A stretch of 37,310 bases of DNA from a virus. Its lineage: Duplodnaviria; Caudoviricetes. The DNA is taken from the IMG/VR virus record IMGVR_UViG_3300011337_000498, positions 1 through 37,310 of that record; one strand, written 5' to 3'. The translations under genes were made by a program, and so were the position numbers. Positions 1 through 8,704 of this stretch are shown in pieces. How positions within the stretch are numbered: position 1 is the stretch's first letter; each line of letters starts with the position of its first letter. The notes beneath the pieces are model-generated. The model was not told the origin of the DNA. It worked only from the letters and a program-made list of their open reading frames with translations, and searched no databases.

Positions 1-176
1 CTGATAATGGAATAACTGTTTATCGTAGATTTGATGAATCAGATGCAAGTAAATCGAATACAGAAATATACATTCAGAAAGTTAAATCAAAATATATAGG
101 TAAATTAGGCAGGATTGATTTCAGTTATGATATTAACATTCAATCATATACTGAATTAAATATTGCATTATATTAA
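1..176 (+). CDS. Primase-helicase C-terminal fragment (truncated by window start)
   Basis: Near-identical to 33855-34030; stop is TAA here and TGA in the other copy. Confidence 0.9.
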   Translation, partial: DNGITVYRRFDESDASKSNTEIYIQKVKSKYIGKLGRIDFSYDINIQSYTELNIALY

Positions 177-188
177 ATAGGAATCAGG

Positions 189-269
189 ATGGAATACAAT
201 AATGATTTTAGATATGATTTAGAAATTGGTAGAATAGCTAAAAAGAAAATAAATAGTAAATTGTTTTAA
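189..269 (+). pseudogene. 26-aa deletion remnant fusing the N-terminus of the 34043 ORF to the last residues of the methyltransferase
   Basis: Reads MEYNNDFRYDLEIGRIAKKK-INSKLF*; junction at AAAAGAAA 241-248. Confidence 0.88.
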
Positions 270-284
270 TTATGGATTAAGGTT

Positions 285-686
285 ATGGAAGCAATAGGAA
301 GCATTAGCAATATGGTAGTACCAAATTATGAATGGACACCAATATTATATAAAAATGAAAAAAAATTGTCTGAATTAATAAAGGATGAAAAGGATTTATT
401 ATTCCATGGCAAATTAGATGTAATTAATAATGTATTAAAAATAGCATCTAAATTTACAGGATTAGATGAAAATGAATTACTGAATATTGATAATGATAAA
501 AAAAATAAGTACTGTGGAATTATTGGTGCATATTTGCGTAAATATCATGATGTAACTGAATATACATTAGTTTTTAATTATGGTGCATCAAAAAATATAT
601 ATTACTTGTCAAAAAATTACACTAAATTAATGCGGAAATCTGAATATAGAATGCTATTTTATACATTGTTGGATTCTCATGGATAA
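285..686 (+). CDS. Hypothetical protein, paralog of 31230..31667 (possible degenerate DnaA domain IV-like fold)
   Basis: 133-aa ORF with AAGG upstream. Shares LKxA, LLN, KYxG, YTLVF, NIYxxS and YxxLF with the 31230 ORF. Confidence 0.7.
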   Translation: MEAIGSISNMVVPNYEWTPILYKNEKKLSELIKDEKDLLFHGKLDVINNVLKIASKFTGLDENELLNIDNDKKNKYCGIIGAYLRKYHDVTEYTLVFNYGASKNIYYLSKNYTKLMRKSEYRMLFYTLLDSHG

Positions 687-1005
687 TAAAGATATATTAA
701 TATTTAGACATCAGTTAATATTACATAATATTGATATTCCTGAATCAGAATATATGTTTGCAAAGGAATTGAAACGCAAATTTAGATTTGATTACTGTTA
801 CCCTAAAAAGAAATTAGCAATTGAAATAGAGGGCGGTATCTGGATAAATGGAAGGCATAACAGAGCATCAGGATTTATAAAGGATATGGAGAAATATAAT
901 ATTGCATGTGTATTAGGTTACAGGATATTAAGATTCACAATACAGGATTTAAACAAAGAATCCACATATATAACAATTAAAGATGCAATATCAAACGGCG
1001 CATGA
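679..1005 (+). CDS. DUF559/Vsr-like PD-(D/E)XK endonuclease
   Basis: RKFRFDY...LAIEIEGGIW..GRH....GFIKDMEKYN....LGYRILRFT matches this common phage family. Confidence 0.8.
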   Translation: MDNKDILIFRHQLILHNIDIPESEYMFAKELKRKFRFDYCYPKKKLAIEIEGGIWINGRHNRASGFIKDMEKYNIACVLGYRILRFTIQDLNKESTYITIKDAISNGA

Positions 1006-1038
1006 TATACCATGCAATAACACTAAGAAAGGACTTTA

Positions 1039-1245
1039 ATGAGTGATAAAGTAAACAGTAATTGGGGTTACACAACGCCATTACAAAAAAGATTTAAAGT
1101 AGGTGATAGAGTTAAAATATCAACTTGTAGCGAATTGATTGCACACACACCAGCTACAATTATTGAAGTGGGTAGGCACGATTATTTGATAGAAGATGAC
1201 ACCTTACAAAAATACGTTGTGTATCAATTTGAACTTTATCAGTAG
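1039..1245 (+). CDS. Small hypothetical protein (SH3/KOW-like); swappable cassette A
   Basis: FKVGDRVKI start and beta-rich pattern. Absent from the right-hand copy. Confidence 0.7.
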   Translation: MSDKVNSNWGYTTPLQKRFKVGDRVKISTCSELIAHTPATIIEVGRHDYLIEDDTLQKYVVYQFELYQ

Positions 1246-1271
1246 TCGCAAATATATGCTAAATATGCGAC
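1245..1271. promoter_or_regulatory. 27-bp imperfect palindrome at cassette boundary
   Basis: GTCGCA-aatatatgctaaata-TGCGAC; identical copy at 36634-36660. Confidence 0.55.
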
Positions 1272-1285
1272 AAAAGGAATAAGAC

Positions 1286-1498
1286 ATGGAACTTAAAGCA
1301 GCAATTGAAATACTGGAATATCACCAGCAATGGCGGTTAGGTAAACGTGAAGATATGATTCATGAACCGAAAATATTAACAGAGGCAATTGACGTAATAC
1401 TTGAAGCGGTTAAAAAATTGCATTTAAATGATGATTGCAATAATACTTGGTCAATATCATGGACAGATTGTCCAACTGATGAAAACAATAATGGATAA
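1286..1498 (+). CDS. Hypothetical protein (70-aa allele)
   Basis: AAAGGA upstream; 54-aa allele at 36675..36839. Confidence 0.8.
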   Translation: MELKAAIEILEYHQQWRLGKREDMIHEPKILTEAIDVILEAVKKLHLNDDCNNTWSISWTDCPTDENNNG

Positions 1499-1505
1499 AT
1501 AAACT

Positions 1506-2108
1506 ATGCATATAAATAAATTAAAACTGCCTGATAGGGTATTAAATGAATTGCCTGATATTATTAGTAAATATGAAATAAATACTAATTTAAGATTAGC
1601 GCATTTTTTAGCGCAGGTACATCATGAATCAGCAGGGTTTCATCTAACTGATGAAAATTTAAATTATTCAGCAAAACGATTATTAGAAGTATTCCCTAAA
1701 TATTTTAAATCAGCTGAAATTGCTAAAAAGTATGCACATCAACCAATGTTATTAGCATCATATGTATATGGTAATAGGATGGGCAATGGTGATGAATCAA
1801 CACAGGAAGGTTTTAAATTTATTGGGCGTGGTTTTATTCAGTTGACAGGGAAAAATAATTATATTGCATTTGATAAAGAGGTTCAGGATTCAGTAATTGA
1901 TAATCCTGATTTAGTATCAACAATATATCCTTTATTATCTGCGGGTTGGTATTGGGATACACGTAAATTAAATGATATTGCAGATTTAGGAGCAGGGACA
2001 AATGTTGTTAAATTAATTACAAAAAAAATTAATGGTGGTCTGCATGGTTTAGAAAGTAGATGCAGGTTATTTTTATTTTACTTCCAACAATTAACTAATG
2101 AGAAATAA
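1506..2108 (+). CDS. Glycoside hydrolase family 19 endolysin (lysozyme/chitinase-like)
   Basis: FLAQxxHES, ENLNYS, GRGFIQLTGKNNY and INGGxxGL motifs. Confidence 0.93.
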   Translation: MHINKLKLPDRVLNELPDIISKYEINTNLRLAHFLAQVHHESAGFHLTDENLNYSAKRLLEVFPKYFKSAEIAKKYAHQPMLLASYVYGNRMGNGDESTQEGFKFIGRGFIQLTGKNNYIAFDKEVQDSVIDNPDLVSTIYPLLSAGWYWDTRKLNDIADLGAGTNVVKLITKKINGGLHGLESRCRLFLFYFQQLTNEK

Positions 2109-2208
2109 AGTACATACATATAGTGAATATTTTTATCTTTTTTTATTGTGGTCAATGATTGCATTTATTATGTCAATTATATTACAAGTAATTATATATA
2201 TATTTTAG
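2098..2208 (+). CDS. 36-aa predicted single-pass membrane protein
   Basis: MRNKVHTYSEYFYLFLLWSMIAFIMSIILQVIIYIF. Overlaps the GH19 stop and fills the gap; below the ORF-track size cutoff. Confidence 0.5.
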   Translation: MRNKVHTYSEYFYLFLLWSMIAFIMSIILQVIIYIF

Positions 2209-2218
2209 GATTGAATAA

Positions 2219-2560
2219 ATGAAATTTGATTTAGAAGGTAAATTATCTGATGTAAAACCTACGCAACAAATAACAGAGAAATTTAAAAAACGTGAATTTG
2301 TTGTTGAATGTAGTGATGGTAATTATACTGAATTTATAAAATGCGAAGCAACAGGCGAAACGACATCTAAGTTAGATAATGCAAAGATAGGAAGTCAGGT
2401 AATTGTACAATGTGCATTAAAAGGCAGGTACTTTAATAAAAAAGACGGTACACAGGGGCATGCAAACAATATCATTGCATATAATATTCAGGCAAAACAA
2501 ACAACATTAAATGAACCTGAATCTGTATATAGTAAAGAGGAATTAGGAATACCATTTTAA
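2219..2560 (+). CDS. DUF3127-family OB-fold protein, putative ssDNA-binding protein
   Basis: FKKREFVV, IGxxVxVxxxLKGR and an acidic tail ending IPF. Confidence 0.85.
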   Translation: MKFDLEGKLSDVKPTQQITEKFKKREFVVECSDGNYTEFIKCEATGETTSKLDNAKIGSQVIVQCALKGRYFNKKDGTQGHANNIIAYNIQAKQTTLNEPESVYSKEELGIPF

Positions 2561-2562
2561 TT

Positions 2563-2796
2563 ATGTTTAAAAAAACTAACAAAGGATATATTTATATATC
2601 TGATAATAATTGTTTTGAAAAGGCAACATTATCTGTAGGTAATGATAATAAATGGATTCTGAAATTGTACAATGATAATAGTGTATCATTAATGTTAAGA
2701 TTCCCAAACACAATGGACTCTGATGATGCAATTAAACGTGCATCAGAGTATTTAAGTAATTATATACCTGATATAGATGATGAATTTACAAGCTAA
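2563..2796 (+). CDS. Hypothetical protein
   Basis: 77-aa ORF tightly packed in the operon. Confidence 0.7.
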   Translation: MFKKTNKGYIYISDNNCFEKATLSVGNDNKWILKLYNDNSVSLMLRFPNTMDSDDAIKRASEYLSNYIPDIDDEFTS

Positions 2797-2953
2797 ATCG
2801 AACGGTTGTATTGTCCAGATTGATATATTGGATTCAGGTGTTATGCATACAGTAAATGGTGAGGAACTAACACCATTAGAAATTAGTAAATTGGCATTAT
2901 ATTATTCATTAAATATGGAATTAGAAGCATGCAAAGAATCAGAGGAATTATAA
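2777..2953 (+). CDS. Hypothetical protein (58 aa)
   Basis: MMNLQAKSNG...ESEEL read by eye; overlaps both neighbours. Confidence 0.55.
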   Translation: MMNLQAKSNGCIVQIDILDSGVMHTVNGEELTPLEISKLALYYSLNMELEACKESEEL

Positions 2954-3096
2954 AAAATTTATTTGAATATATTACAGTACATCCATTAGCATCATTTGTA
3001 ACTGTATTATCATTATTAACATCATTAATTGCAATGGTGGTGATTTATAAAATATCAGGTGCGTTTATCAACCTAATATTATTGTTTGTTGAATAA
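2929..3096 (+). CDS. Hypothetical membrane protein (55 aa)
   Basis: MQRIRG...LASFVTVLSLLTSLIAMVVIY...; its stop abuts the ATG at 3097. Confidence 0.55.
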   Translation: MQRIRGIIKNLFEYITVHPLASFVTVLSLLTSLIAMVVIYKISGAFINLILLFVE

Positions 3097-3300
3097 ATGC
3101 TAAATGCTGATTATTACGCTGTGAATCGTATCACAGTAACAGATAATGTAATTACGATAAAATGTATCAATAATAATTTACCGTTGCGTAGTGAGCTTAT
3201 AAAGTACAAAAAAAAGGTATTTATAGTGGTTTATGTTGAAAATATGTTCAATGATGAATATTATGCACGATGTGAAATATATAATGGAATATATACATGA
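3097..3300 (+). CDS. Hypothetical protein
   Basis: 67-aa ORF with ATGA overlap to the next gene. Confidence 0.65.
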   Translation: MLNADYYAVNRITVTDNVITIKCINNNLPLRSELIKYKKKVFIVVYVENMFNDEYYARCEIYNGIYT

Positions 3301-4007
3301 TAGATGTTAAAAACATAGGAATTTGCATTGCTTCAGTAAACAATAAATGTACACCTGTATTATTAACATCAATCAAAGAATATGTACATATTGATATTGA
3401 TGTTTATTTATGTGTTAATGATTATATCAATCATGGATTGAATCATAAGGTAATACAAATACCTAATATATATAATTCATTTGGGGATGCATATAATAAA
3501 GTAGTTCAGGAAGCATTTAAAACAAAGGAATATGTATTAATCTGTAATGATGATATTGTATTTAATCCTGATACCATTAATGATTTATTAATGAATGTTA
3601 CATTGATTCAGGGAAACGATGGATTTGATACAATGGGATATTTAGCCTGTAGAACAGATTTTGCAGCAGGTTTACAAAATATTAGAATGCATGATAATAC
3701 TAAAAATTTAGGCAATAAATATGAAAATGAATATTATGTTATGTTTAATACTGTCAAAATATCCCCAATATGTGCATTAATATCAAAATCAGCATGGATT
3801 GATTTTAAACCTATTAATTATTTCTCTGATGATATACAATGTTCAGATATAAGAAAAAAAGGTTATAAACATTATATTGGTACATTCTATGTACACCATG
3901 TAGGTTCGCAATCATTGGATACACAAAAAAACGAAATTAATAAGGCATTGGATTGGATGAAAATACATGATAAAGAAAATTACAACATTTACAAGGATGT
4001 ATATTAA
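3297..4007 (+). CDS. Glycosyltransferase family 2 (GT-A fold)
   Basis: SFGDAYN, LICNDDIVF (NDD), YFSDD and VHHVGSQS motifs. Confidence 0.85.
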   Translation: MIDVKNIGICIASVNNKCTPVLLTSIKEYVHIDIDVYLCVNDYINHGLNHKVIQIPNIYNSFGDAYNKVVQEAFKTKEYVLICNDDIVFNPDTINDLLMNVTLIQGNDGFDTMGYLACRTDFAAGLQNIRMHDNTKNLGNKYENEYYVMFNTVKISPICALISKSAWIDFKPINYFSDDIQCSDIRKKGYKHYIGTFYVHHVGSQSLDTQKNEINKALDWMKIHDKENYNIYKDVY

Positions 4008-4165
4008 TGGATGAATTGCCACCATGGTGCGACCCTGAATTATTTGATGAATTAGCAGGAATACTCGAATATGATGCTAAATTAAATAGGAATAGAGCAG
4101 AGTTCATGGCATTGATTATATTAGCTGATAAGATGTTTAATAATAAAGATGTAAAAATAAATTAA
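4007..4165 (+). CDS. Hypothetical protein (52 aa)
   Basis: MDELPPWCDPELFDELAGILEYDAKLNRNRAE...; TAATG coupling with the GT2 stop. Confidence 0.65.
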   Translation: MDELPPWCDPELFDELAGILEYDAKLNRNRAEFMALIILADKMFNNKDVKIN

Positions 4166-4249
4166 TAAACAAATTTATTTATCCCCATTATTATTTTGCA
4201 TTATTAAAATTGATATATTATATCCTGAATGATTTCTATTCCATTCCTG

Positions 4250-4271
4250 CCCTCAAAATTCAGGGTTTTTT
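4250..4271 (+). terminator. Weak intrinsic terminator or attenuator hairpin
   Basis: CCCT-caaaattc-AGGG followed by T6; alternative pairings are available. Confidence 0.4.
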
Positions 4272-4314
4272 ATTTATAGAATGGAAGCCCTGAATTATTA
4301 ATATAAATACGAAA

Positions 4315-4620
4315 ATGGATTATTTTGAATTAGTAAAAAATATAACAGCATCAGCAGTTAGTATTGTTACATTAGGATATTTTTTAATTAGATATTTGCA
4401 AAAAAAAGATATTGAATATTCTAAAATAATATGTGATACTATTAAAGATGCGACATCCAAAGCGTTCCAAGTTGCAACAATAGAAGTTAGGGTTCGTGAA
4501 TTAGAGGATGCGGAAAAAAAGAATACTGAAGCAATTAAAGAATTAGGATTACAGTTAAATTCAAGATTAGACCAATTATTTATTGTAATGGCATCCATTA
4601 AAAACCATAATGAACAATAA
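4315..4620 (+). CDS. Putative holin/antiholin (N-terminal TM plus coiled coil)
   Basis: Hydrophobic ITASAVSIVTLGYFLI followed by a charged helix; heads the lysis cluster. Confidence 0.55.
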   Translation: MDYFELVKNITASAVSIVTLGYFLIRYLQKKDIEYSKIICDTIKDATSKAFQVATIEVRVRELEDAEKKNTEAIKELGLQLNSRLDQLFIVMASIKNHNEQ

Positions 4621-4819
4621 AAATATAATATTTGGTTTTAAGGGGTTGAAATTAACAACGCCAAAGGCTATGCAACGCCTTGGGATGGCATTGGCGGCAT
4701 CAGGTACAGCAGGTGCAGGTATTGCATATATTATGGAATATGAACAGATTGCAACAATATGCATTGTTAGTACCATTTTAGGAACATTTATTAGTCAAAT
4801 GTATGGAGAAATCAAATAA
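4610..4819 (+). CDS. Putative holin (two TM segments)
   Basis: TPKxxxxLG then two hydrophobic helices, directly upstream of a peptidoglycan peptidase. Confidence 0.6.
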   Translation: MNNKNIIFGFKGLKLTTPKAMQRLGMALAASGTAGAGIAYIMEYEQIATICIVSTILGTFISQMYGEIK

Positions 4820-5358
4820 TGAGCAGACCAATTATAAATAAATTGCAATTAACTAATATTATAGGTTATGATATTAGTAAACCATGTATTGTTGGTATTA
4901 GGGGTTTTTTCCTGAATCAAATGGGCGAAAAAAACAAAAATGATAGGGGCATTTATGATGATGCATTATTTATATATGATGGATTGAATATCACAGGATA
5001 TAATGCAAATGTTGACCCATCTAAATTTGGTATAAATCCTAAAATAGGTAAAGGATATGCAAATTTAGAAGTTGGTGAATATCAGTATAAATTAGGAATA
5101 CATGGATTAAGTAAAGATGTATCTAAACAATACGAAGCATTAGTTCAGCATCAAAAAGTAGATGTAATAAGGGATGATGGTAAAGAGGAAAAAGGGTTTT
5201 TTGGTATCAATATCCATAGGGGCGGTATTAATGGTACATCATCAGAGGGATGCCAAACAATTACACCATCACAATGGATTGAATTTATTACTCATGTTAA
5301 GGGTATATGGACAAAATCAGATATAATAACATATATATTGGCAAATCAACATGTTTAG
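4819..5358 (+). CDS. L,D-transpeptidase-like (YkuD-fold) peptidase, putative endolysin
   Basis: IVGIRG, YDD and GINIHRGG...SSEGCQ (H...SxGC catalytic pattern). Confidence 0.75.
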   Translation: MSRPIINKLQLTNIIGYDISKPCIVGIRGFFLNQMGEKNKNDRGIYDDALFIYDGLNITGYNANVDPSKFGINPKIGKGYANLEVGEYQYKLGIHGLSKDVSKQYEALVQHQKVDVIRDDGKEEKGFFGINIHRGGINGTSSEGCQTITPSQWIEFITHVKGIWTKSDIITYILANQHV

Positions 5359-5692
5359 GGATAAACTAAATATTGTTATTTACAAAGGTGAATCATTTTC
5401 AATTGTGTTTGCATTAAAGGATTCAACAGATGCATCAATTGATTTAACAGGTGCATCAATTAGTTCAATTTGTAAGGATAAAAGTACAAATAATACAATA
5501 TTTACATTTACAAGTGTAATTAGTGTACCATTAACAGATGGTGAATTTACATTATCATTACCTGCAAATACATCTGAATCATTAATTGCATCTAATAATT
5601 GTAGTTATGATGTAAAAATTACATTTGCATCAGGAAGTATTGTCAAGTGGATTTCAGGTAATGTACAAATAAAGGAATCAATTACATCATGA
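5351..5692 (+). CDS. Virion structural protein, BppU-like N-terminal Ig-type domain
   Basis: IYKGESF, IDLTGA, GEFTLSL, YDVKI and GNVQI pattern. Confidence 0.65.
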   Translation: MFRDKLNIVIYKGESFSIVFALKDSTDASIDLTGASISSICKDKSTNNTIFTFTSVISVPLTDGEFTLSLPANTSESLIASNNCSYDVKITFASGSIVKWISGNVQIKESITS

Positions 5693-5982
5693 GTTTAGTG
5701 AATTTAGATACAATTGGCAATTATGTAAAAATACAATGGAATGGAGCATTAACATCGACATTGCCTATGGTGGTTGGTGAAATTCCATCAGGTAATATAA
5801 ATGGAATTAATGCAACATATACAAGTGCATATTCATTTATTCCTGAATCAGTTGAAATATTTGTAAATGGCATACAGGCAACAAAAAATGTAGATTATAC
5901 AACATCAGGTGTATCAACAATTATATTTACTTATTCACCTGCTGTAAATGATATTATTAGATTAAATTATAATAAGGCATAA
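5689..5982 (+). CDS. Fibre/decoration-associated beta-domain protein
   Basis: VVGEIPSGNING...FVNG...DYT; paralogous to the C-terminal domain of the next gene. Confidence 0.65.
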   Translation: MSLVNLDTIGNYVKIQWNGALTSTLPMVVGEIPSGNINGINATYTSAYSFIPESVEIFVNGIQATKNVDYTTSGVSTIIFTYSPAVNDIIRLNYNKA

Positions 5983-5987
5983 TATAA

Positions 5988-6809
5988 ATGGCAGAAACGC
6001 AAATAGCAGGCAGGCAAATAAAAGATAATGCAATTACTGATGCAAAGATAGCAGCAGGCGCAAATATAGCGACATCTAAATTAGTTGATGGTTCTAATTT
6101 TATAAAAAAAGATGGTTCAGTTGCGTTTACAGGCGCAATTAGTGTTGGTAATCAATATATAACTAATGTTCAATCACCTAACAATGCAAATGATGCAGCA
6201 AATAAATCATATGTAGATACATTAATTAGTAATTTATCTACATTGTATAAATATCGTACAGTACATGCAGCATCCACAGCAGATGTAATTTTAGGAGCAC
6301 CACCATCAACATTAGATGGACATACGTTAAATGTAGGGGATAGAATATTATTAAAAAATCAAAGTGTAACTTTACAAAATGGAATTTACATATACAACGG
6401 TTCAGGAATAACAATTACACGTGCACCTGATTCTGATATATATTCAGAGGTAACAGGTTCATTGGTATATGTTGAAAATGGAACAACTCAGGCAGATACT
6501 AGATTTTTTTGTACATCTAACACAGGCGGTACAATTGGTATTACTGCAATTACGTATGTACAGGATACAGGTGCAGGAATCACATCAGCAAACTTTGTGG
6601 TTGAGGAAATTCCATCAGGGGCATTAAACGGTTCAAATGTGACATACACATTAGCATTTACACCTGTAAGTGGCAAAGTAAAACCATTTTTAAATGGCAT
6701 CAGGTTGCGAAGCGGTGCAGGAAATGATTATACAATATCAGGTTCAGTTATTACCATGGCAACAGCTCCAACATCTACAGATGTATTAACAGTTGATTAC
6801 ATCAAATAA
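5988..6809 (+). CDS. Fibre/decoration protein
   Basis: QIKDNAITDAKI start, DAANKSYVD, GDRILLKNQ...QNGIY and a C-terminal EIPSGxxNG domain. Confidence 0.75.
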   Translation: MAETQIAGRQIKDNAITDAKIAAGANIATSKLVDGSNFIKKDGSVAFTGAISVGNQYITNVQSPNNANDAANKSYVDTLISNLSTLYKYRTVHAASTADVILGAPPSTLDGHTLNVGDRILLKNQSVTLQNGIYIYNGSGITITRAPDSDIYSEVTGSLVYVENGTTQADTRFFCTSNTGGTIGITAITYVQDTGAGITSANFVVEEIPSGALNGSNVTYTLAFTPVSGKVKPFLNGIRLRSGAGNDYTISGSVITMATAPTSTDVLTVDYIK

Positions 6810-6824
6810 TAGAAAGGAATAGGA

Positions 6825-7685
6825 ATGCCAAGTACATCAATTAAGACATCACAAATTAAAGATGATGCGGTTACTTTTGATAAAATAGAAAATGCATCAG
6901 CAGAAAGTGTTTTGATAGGGAGGGGTGCAGGTAGTGGTGGTGGCAATTACCAAGCAATTACAGTTGGTAGTGGACTAAGTATGTCGGGTACTACATTAAG
7001 TTCAGCAGGGGGCGTTTCTGATGGTGATAAAGGTGATATTACAGTTAGTGGTTTAGGAACTACATGGACAATAGATAATTTAGCAATTACAGCAACTAAA
7101 ATAGCAAATAATACAATTACAGGTTCAAAAATATCAAGTTCCGCAGAAATTGCACTATCCAAATTAGCTACACAATCAACATCGCAATTAGTTGGAACAT
7201 CAGCAAGTTCAGGAACAGTTACTGCCATAACACTAGGTTCAGGTTTAACCATGACAGGCAGTACACTAAGTGCATCAGGTGGTGGTGGGGCGACATCGCA
7301 AACAGCATTTAAGGCAGCAGATGAAACAACTAATACTAGTTCAGGTACATTTAGTAATGATACAAATTTAGCAATCACAGTAAGTGTTACAGGTTGGTAT
7401 AGTTTAGAGGTATTCACCATATCAACATGTGCAAGTAGTATTATTTTCGGGATAGTTGCGAATGCTGGGAGCGCAAAAATAGCAAGTGTGACTGCTGGAG
7501 GTTACAATTTAGCTAATTCACCAAATGTTGGTGAATCAAATGCAAGTACAAATGGTTTCACAAAAATAAACGGTATGCTGAATTTAACTGCCGGTGATAT
7601 AGTGCGTCTATCTTATTACAAGGCTGGGGGTGGTGATGTTACAATTAAAGCAGGTTCGTTTATGAAAATTGAAAAGGCTAATTAA
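6825..7685 (+). CDS. Gly/Ser/Thr-rich fibre protein
   Basis: QIKDDAVTFDKI, SDGDKGDITVS and an internal repeat ITVGSGLSMSGTTLS / ITLGSGLTMTGSTLS. Confidence 0.75.
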   Translation: MPSTSIKTSQIKDDAVTFDKIENASAESVLIGRGAGSGGGNYQAITVGSGLSMSGTTLSSAGGVSDGDKGDITVSGLGTTWTIDNLAITATKIANNTITGSKISSSAEIALSKLATQSTSQLVGTSASSGTVTAITLGSGLTMTGSTLSASGGGGATSQTAFKAADETTNTSSGTFSNDTNLAITVSVTGWYSLEVFTISTCASSIIFGIVANAGSAKIASVTAGGYNLANSPNVGESNASTNGFTKINGMLNLTAGDIVRLSYYKAGGGDVTIKAGSFMKIEKAN

Positions 7686-7696
7686 AGAGGTTTAAT

Positions 7697-7861
7697 ATGG
7701 AATTCATTGCAACGCAAAAAACATCTAATGAAAATATAGTTACTCATACATGGAAAGCTACAGACGGTACATTACATGGTATATGTGTGGATAAAGATGT
7801 AAGTATTGAAGATGCATACATACAGATGATTAATTATGTTGAATCAACAGAAATAATATAA
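7697..7861 (+). CDS. Hypothetical protein (54 aa), possible fibre chaperone
   Basis: AGAGG upstream; MEFIATQKTS...STEII; stop abuts GTG at 7862. Confidence 0.65.
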   Translation: MEFIATQKTSNENIVTHTWKATDGTLHGICVDKDVSIEDAYIQMINYVESTEII

Positions 7862-8704
7862 GTGACAGACCAAATACCTAGAATACGATTAACAGAGGAT
7901 GAATACAGGGCGATTATGCAACGTCGTGGGTGTGATGTTGATTCGTATTCATTAGATGAATGGTTGATTGAAATGCCTGATGGTAAAGATGAAATTAAAA
8001 ATGATATTGTTATACATGGCAGGACAGCGGTACTATCTGATATTCACTTAGGGTTTCATTGCAAAGAATCATTATCTGCATGTATTCAGTATTTGAAAAA
8101 AGAGGATATAAAAAATATTGTATTAAATGGTGATACAATAGATGCACATAGATTAAGTAAATGGAATAAATCCGAAAATGATTTACCATTTTCAACTGAA
8201 TTAACAATGTGCAAAAAATTTATGAGAAATCTACAAAATACATTTCCTGATGCAAAGATGTATTTTAAAATTGGAAATCATGAGGATAGATTGGAACAAT
8301 TTATTCAGAGAAATGCACTTGAAATTGCAGGATTAATAGATTTTGAATTTTTACTAGAATTGAAAAAAAATAATATTGAATTGGTTGAATCATTGACATA
8401 CATGAAAATTGGTAATACGTATTTATTGCATGGGCACGAAATTAAAGCATCAGGCTCAAATCCTGCATCATCAGTATTAAATAAAGTGTTAACAGATTGT
8501 GTAATTGGGCATGTACATAGAACAGATACAAAGGTTCGTAAAACAGCTGATGGAACATATATTACCTGCCACACAGTTGGTACATTAGGTAAAACAGTAA
8601 GGGCATACCATAGGCAATCAGATTCTAATAATGGTTTTGCAATAATAGAGGATGATGGATATGTTATTAACAAAAGAATTAAAAACGGGATTGTATTACA
8701 ATGA
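7862..8704 (+). CDS. Calcineurin-like metallophosphoesterase
   Basis: SDIH, NGDxxD, GNHE, HGH and GHVH motifs. Confidence 0.92.
   Translation: MTDQIPRIRLTEDEYRAIMQRRGCDVDSYSLDEWLIEMPDGKDEIKNDIVIHGRTAVLSDIHLGFHCKESLSACIQYLKKEDIKNIVLNGDTIDAHRLSKWNKSENDLPFSTELTMCKKFMRNLQNTFPDAKMYFKIGNHEDRLEQFIQRNALEIAGLIDFEFLLELKKNNIELVESLTYMKIGNTYLLHGHEIKASGSNPASSVLNKVLTDCVIGHVHRTDTKVRKTADGTYITCHTVGTLGKTVRAYHRQSDSNNGFAIIEDDGYVINKRIKNGIVLQ

Larger units (their letters stand above)
1..1969 (+). repeat. Left copy of imperfect terminal direct repeat (haplotype A)
   Basis: Base 1 aligns to 33855 and base 1969 to 37310. Offsets are 33854, then 35352, 35389 and 35341 across three indels/replacements. Confidence 0.97.

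Noticed and set aside
285-1969. Diversity-generating retroelement explaining the divergent repeat copies
   Set aside because: No reverse transcriptase. Differences are not restricted to adenines, and include synonymous changes and indels over 2 kb.
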